Source: Octopus bimaculoides
Taxonomy: Eukaryota
NCBI RefSeq assembly: GCF_001194135.2
Contig: NC_068991.1
Span: 34,955,809 to 35,019,808, forward strand
DNA length: 64,000 bases
Direction: 5' to 3'
Part shown: piece by piece, positions 62,658 to 64,000 of the stretch
How positions within the stretch are numbered: the stretch's first letter is position 1
How the letters are laid out: every line of letters starts with the position of its first letter
Notes under the pieces: generated by a model
Seen by the model: only the letters and a program-made list of their open reading frames with translations
Told to the model about the DNA's origin: nothing
Databases searched by the model: none
Translations under genes and position numbers: made by a program

Positions 62658-62896
62658 CTGTGATTCTCAACTGCAGTCCATATAAGATTTTGTCCTTAAA
62701 GTTTTTATGAAGTACATTGATTATTTGATTATACTTCTATAATACACACTATATCTTAGTAATTTTTAATACAATTCCTAATAATATTTAATTATGAAAA
62801 AAAAAGTTTTTTTAAACATTGAATAGCTAGGGGGCTTTTGTAGAGAAAAATAGGAAGTAAAAGGGTCCATAGGCAAAAAATGGTTGAGAACCACTG
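62658..62896. mobile_element. hAT-type MITE with 8-bp TSD
   Basis: Ends ctgtgattctcaac / gttgagaaccactg (CAGTGGTTCTCAAC-like TIR). Flanks gaataggt (62650-57) / gaataagt (62897-904). Confidence 0.75.
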
Positions 62897-64000
62897 GAAT
62901 AAGTTAATGCAGTTGAGACCTGCTATAAATAGCAGTCAATTCTCTTAAATTACACTCTATTGACTTCAAAAAAAAAAAGGAAATGTAAATAAAATTTCAT
63001 ATTGACACTTCACACATGTCAGTCATCAGGTATGTATGTATAGATGTGTGTGTGTTTAATAATGTACCGTATATAGTATGTCTGTATTCTTGTATGCAGT
63101 GTAAATTAATCCAAACAAATTACATGTTGGCACTCCTGGGGTCTCATACCATTAACATGTAAAATTTGATTTGATTTGGTTGGGCCATTTGAGAATGCAT
63201 TGGGAACAGACAGAGATACAAAGGATTATATATATATATAGATGAAACACCATGTTTTTGGTATTTTATTAATAAATATATATAAATACACACACACACA
63301 CACATGTACATACATGTACATAAAGATGCATGTATCCATTTCAAAAGGGTTGGAACTCACAAGCCCCAGTCTTTATATATCTAGAATGTAGTTCTAGATA
63401 TGCTTGAAGAAAAAGATAAGATTCTCACAGCTGGAACACTTTTCCCAATCAGGCATAAACAAGAAACTATTGGAAAAATTCCATGCTCAACTGGAAAGGA
63501 ATATATTAGATTACTTAAAATCTCCCCACAAAATACTTGTTTTTCATGAAACTAGATGAACTCTTGCTGACCTGTGACAGAAGAATTTAGAAAGAGCAAA
63601 CTGCTGCTGATGCACTTTAAGCAGAAAAGAAAGCAATATGAAATTTGCTACCTATAAAAAAAGAAGTTATAATCCTTCAAAATAACAATAAAAAAAAAAA
63701 GAGAATGCAAAATATCATAATTAAACTGTTTTAACAACTGGGTCACCTCTACAGATGGGTTTCATTCTGACAATGGAGTAGGGTGTGGTGCTACCTGGAA
63801 TTTTCAGAACAATAATAAAAATATGATCTTAAGACTACATCATAATTAACAATATATGAAGCAGTGTAGTTGGGAATGATAACATCTTTAGATTCTTCTA
63901 AAGCAGTATTTCTCAAATTTTTTAAACTATCATCTTTTTTTTTTCACTAACATTTTTTCAAAACCTCTTTGCTACAGTTCAACACCCTCCATACATATTT

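Noticed and set aside
57000-64000. HEATR5B-like divergent neighbour, as recalled for the human GPATCH11 locus
   Set aside because: No matching exon found on the plus strand in the remaining 7 kb.
1-64000. CRISPR arrays, rRNA, prokaryotic operons or viral genes
   Set aside because: None seen; all repeats are explained by microsatellites and eukaryotic transposons.

Overview
AT-rich, repeat-dense animal genomic DNA with six N-gaps. The SINE, RTE and microsatellite repertoire looks like an octopod cephalopod (inference from recalled repeat families, not a database hit). One complete protein-coding gene can be reconstructed by hand: a six-coding-exon GPATCH11 (CCDC75) on the minus strand, CDS 56941->18391, 786 nt / 261 aa, all introns GT-AG and phase-consistent. 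There is also one intact tRNA-Ala(UGC) at 10692-10763 (-). The rest is mostly transposon debris: a decayed Penelope-like element, a Ty3/gypsy internal region split by a mariner, further mariner and Tc1 fragments, a solo LTR, many RTE LINE and SINE pieces, R4/Dong-like and HERO-like fragments, and several MITE or fold-back elements. I found no convincing new multi-gene system. The best leads are hammerhead-ribozyme-like cores in Penelope-type terminal repeats, long hairpin elements and tail-to-tail inverted repeats inside the transcribed intron (possible dsRNA), an orphan X-box promoter-like island, and a CpG-decay footprint of gene-body methylation.
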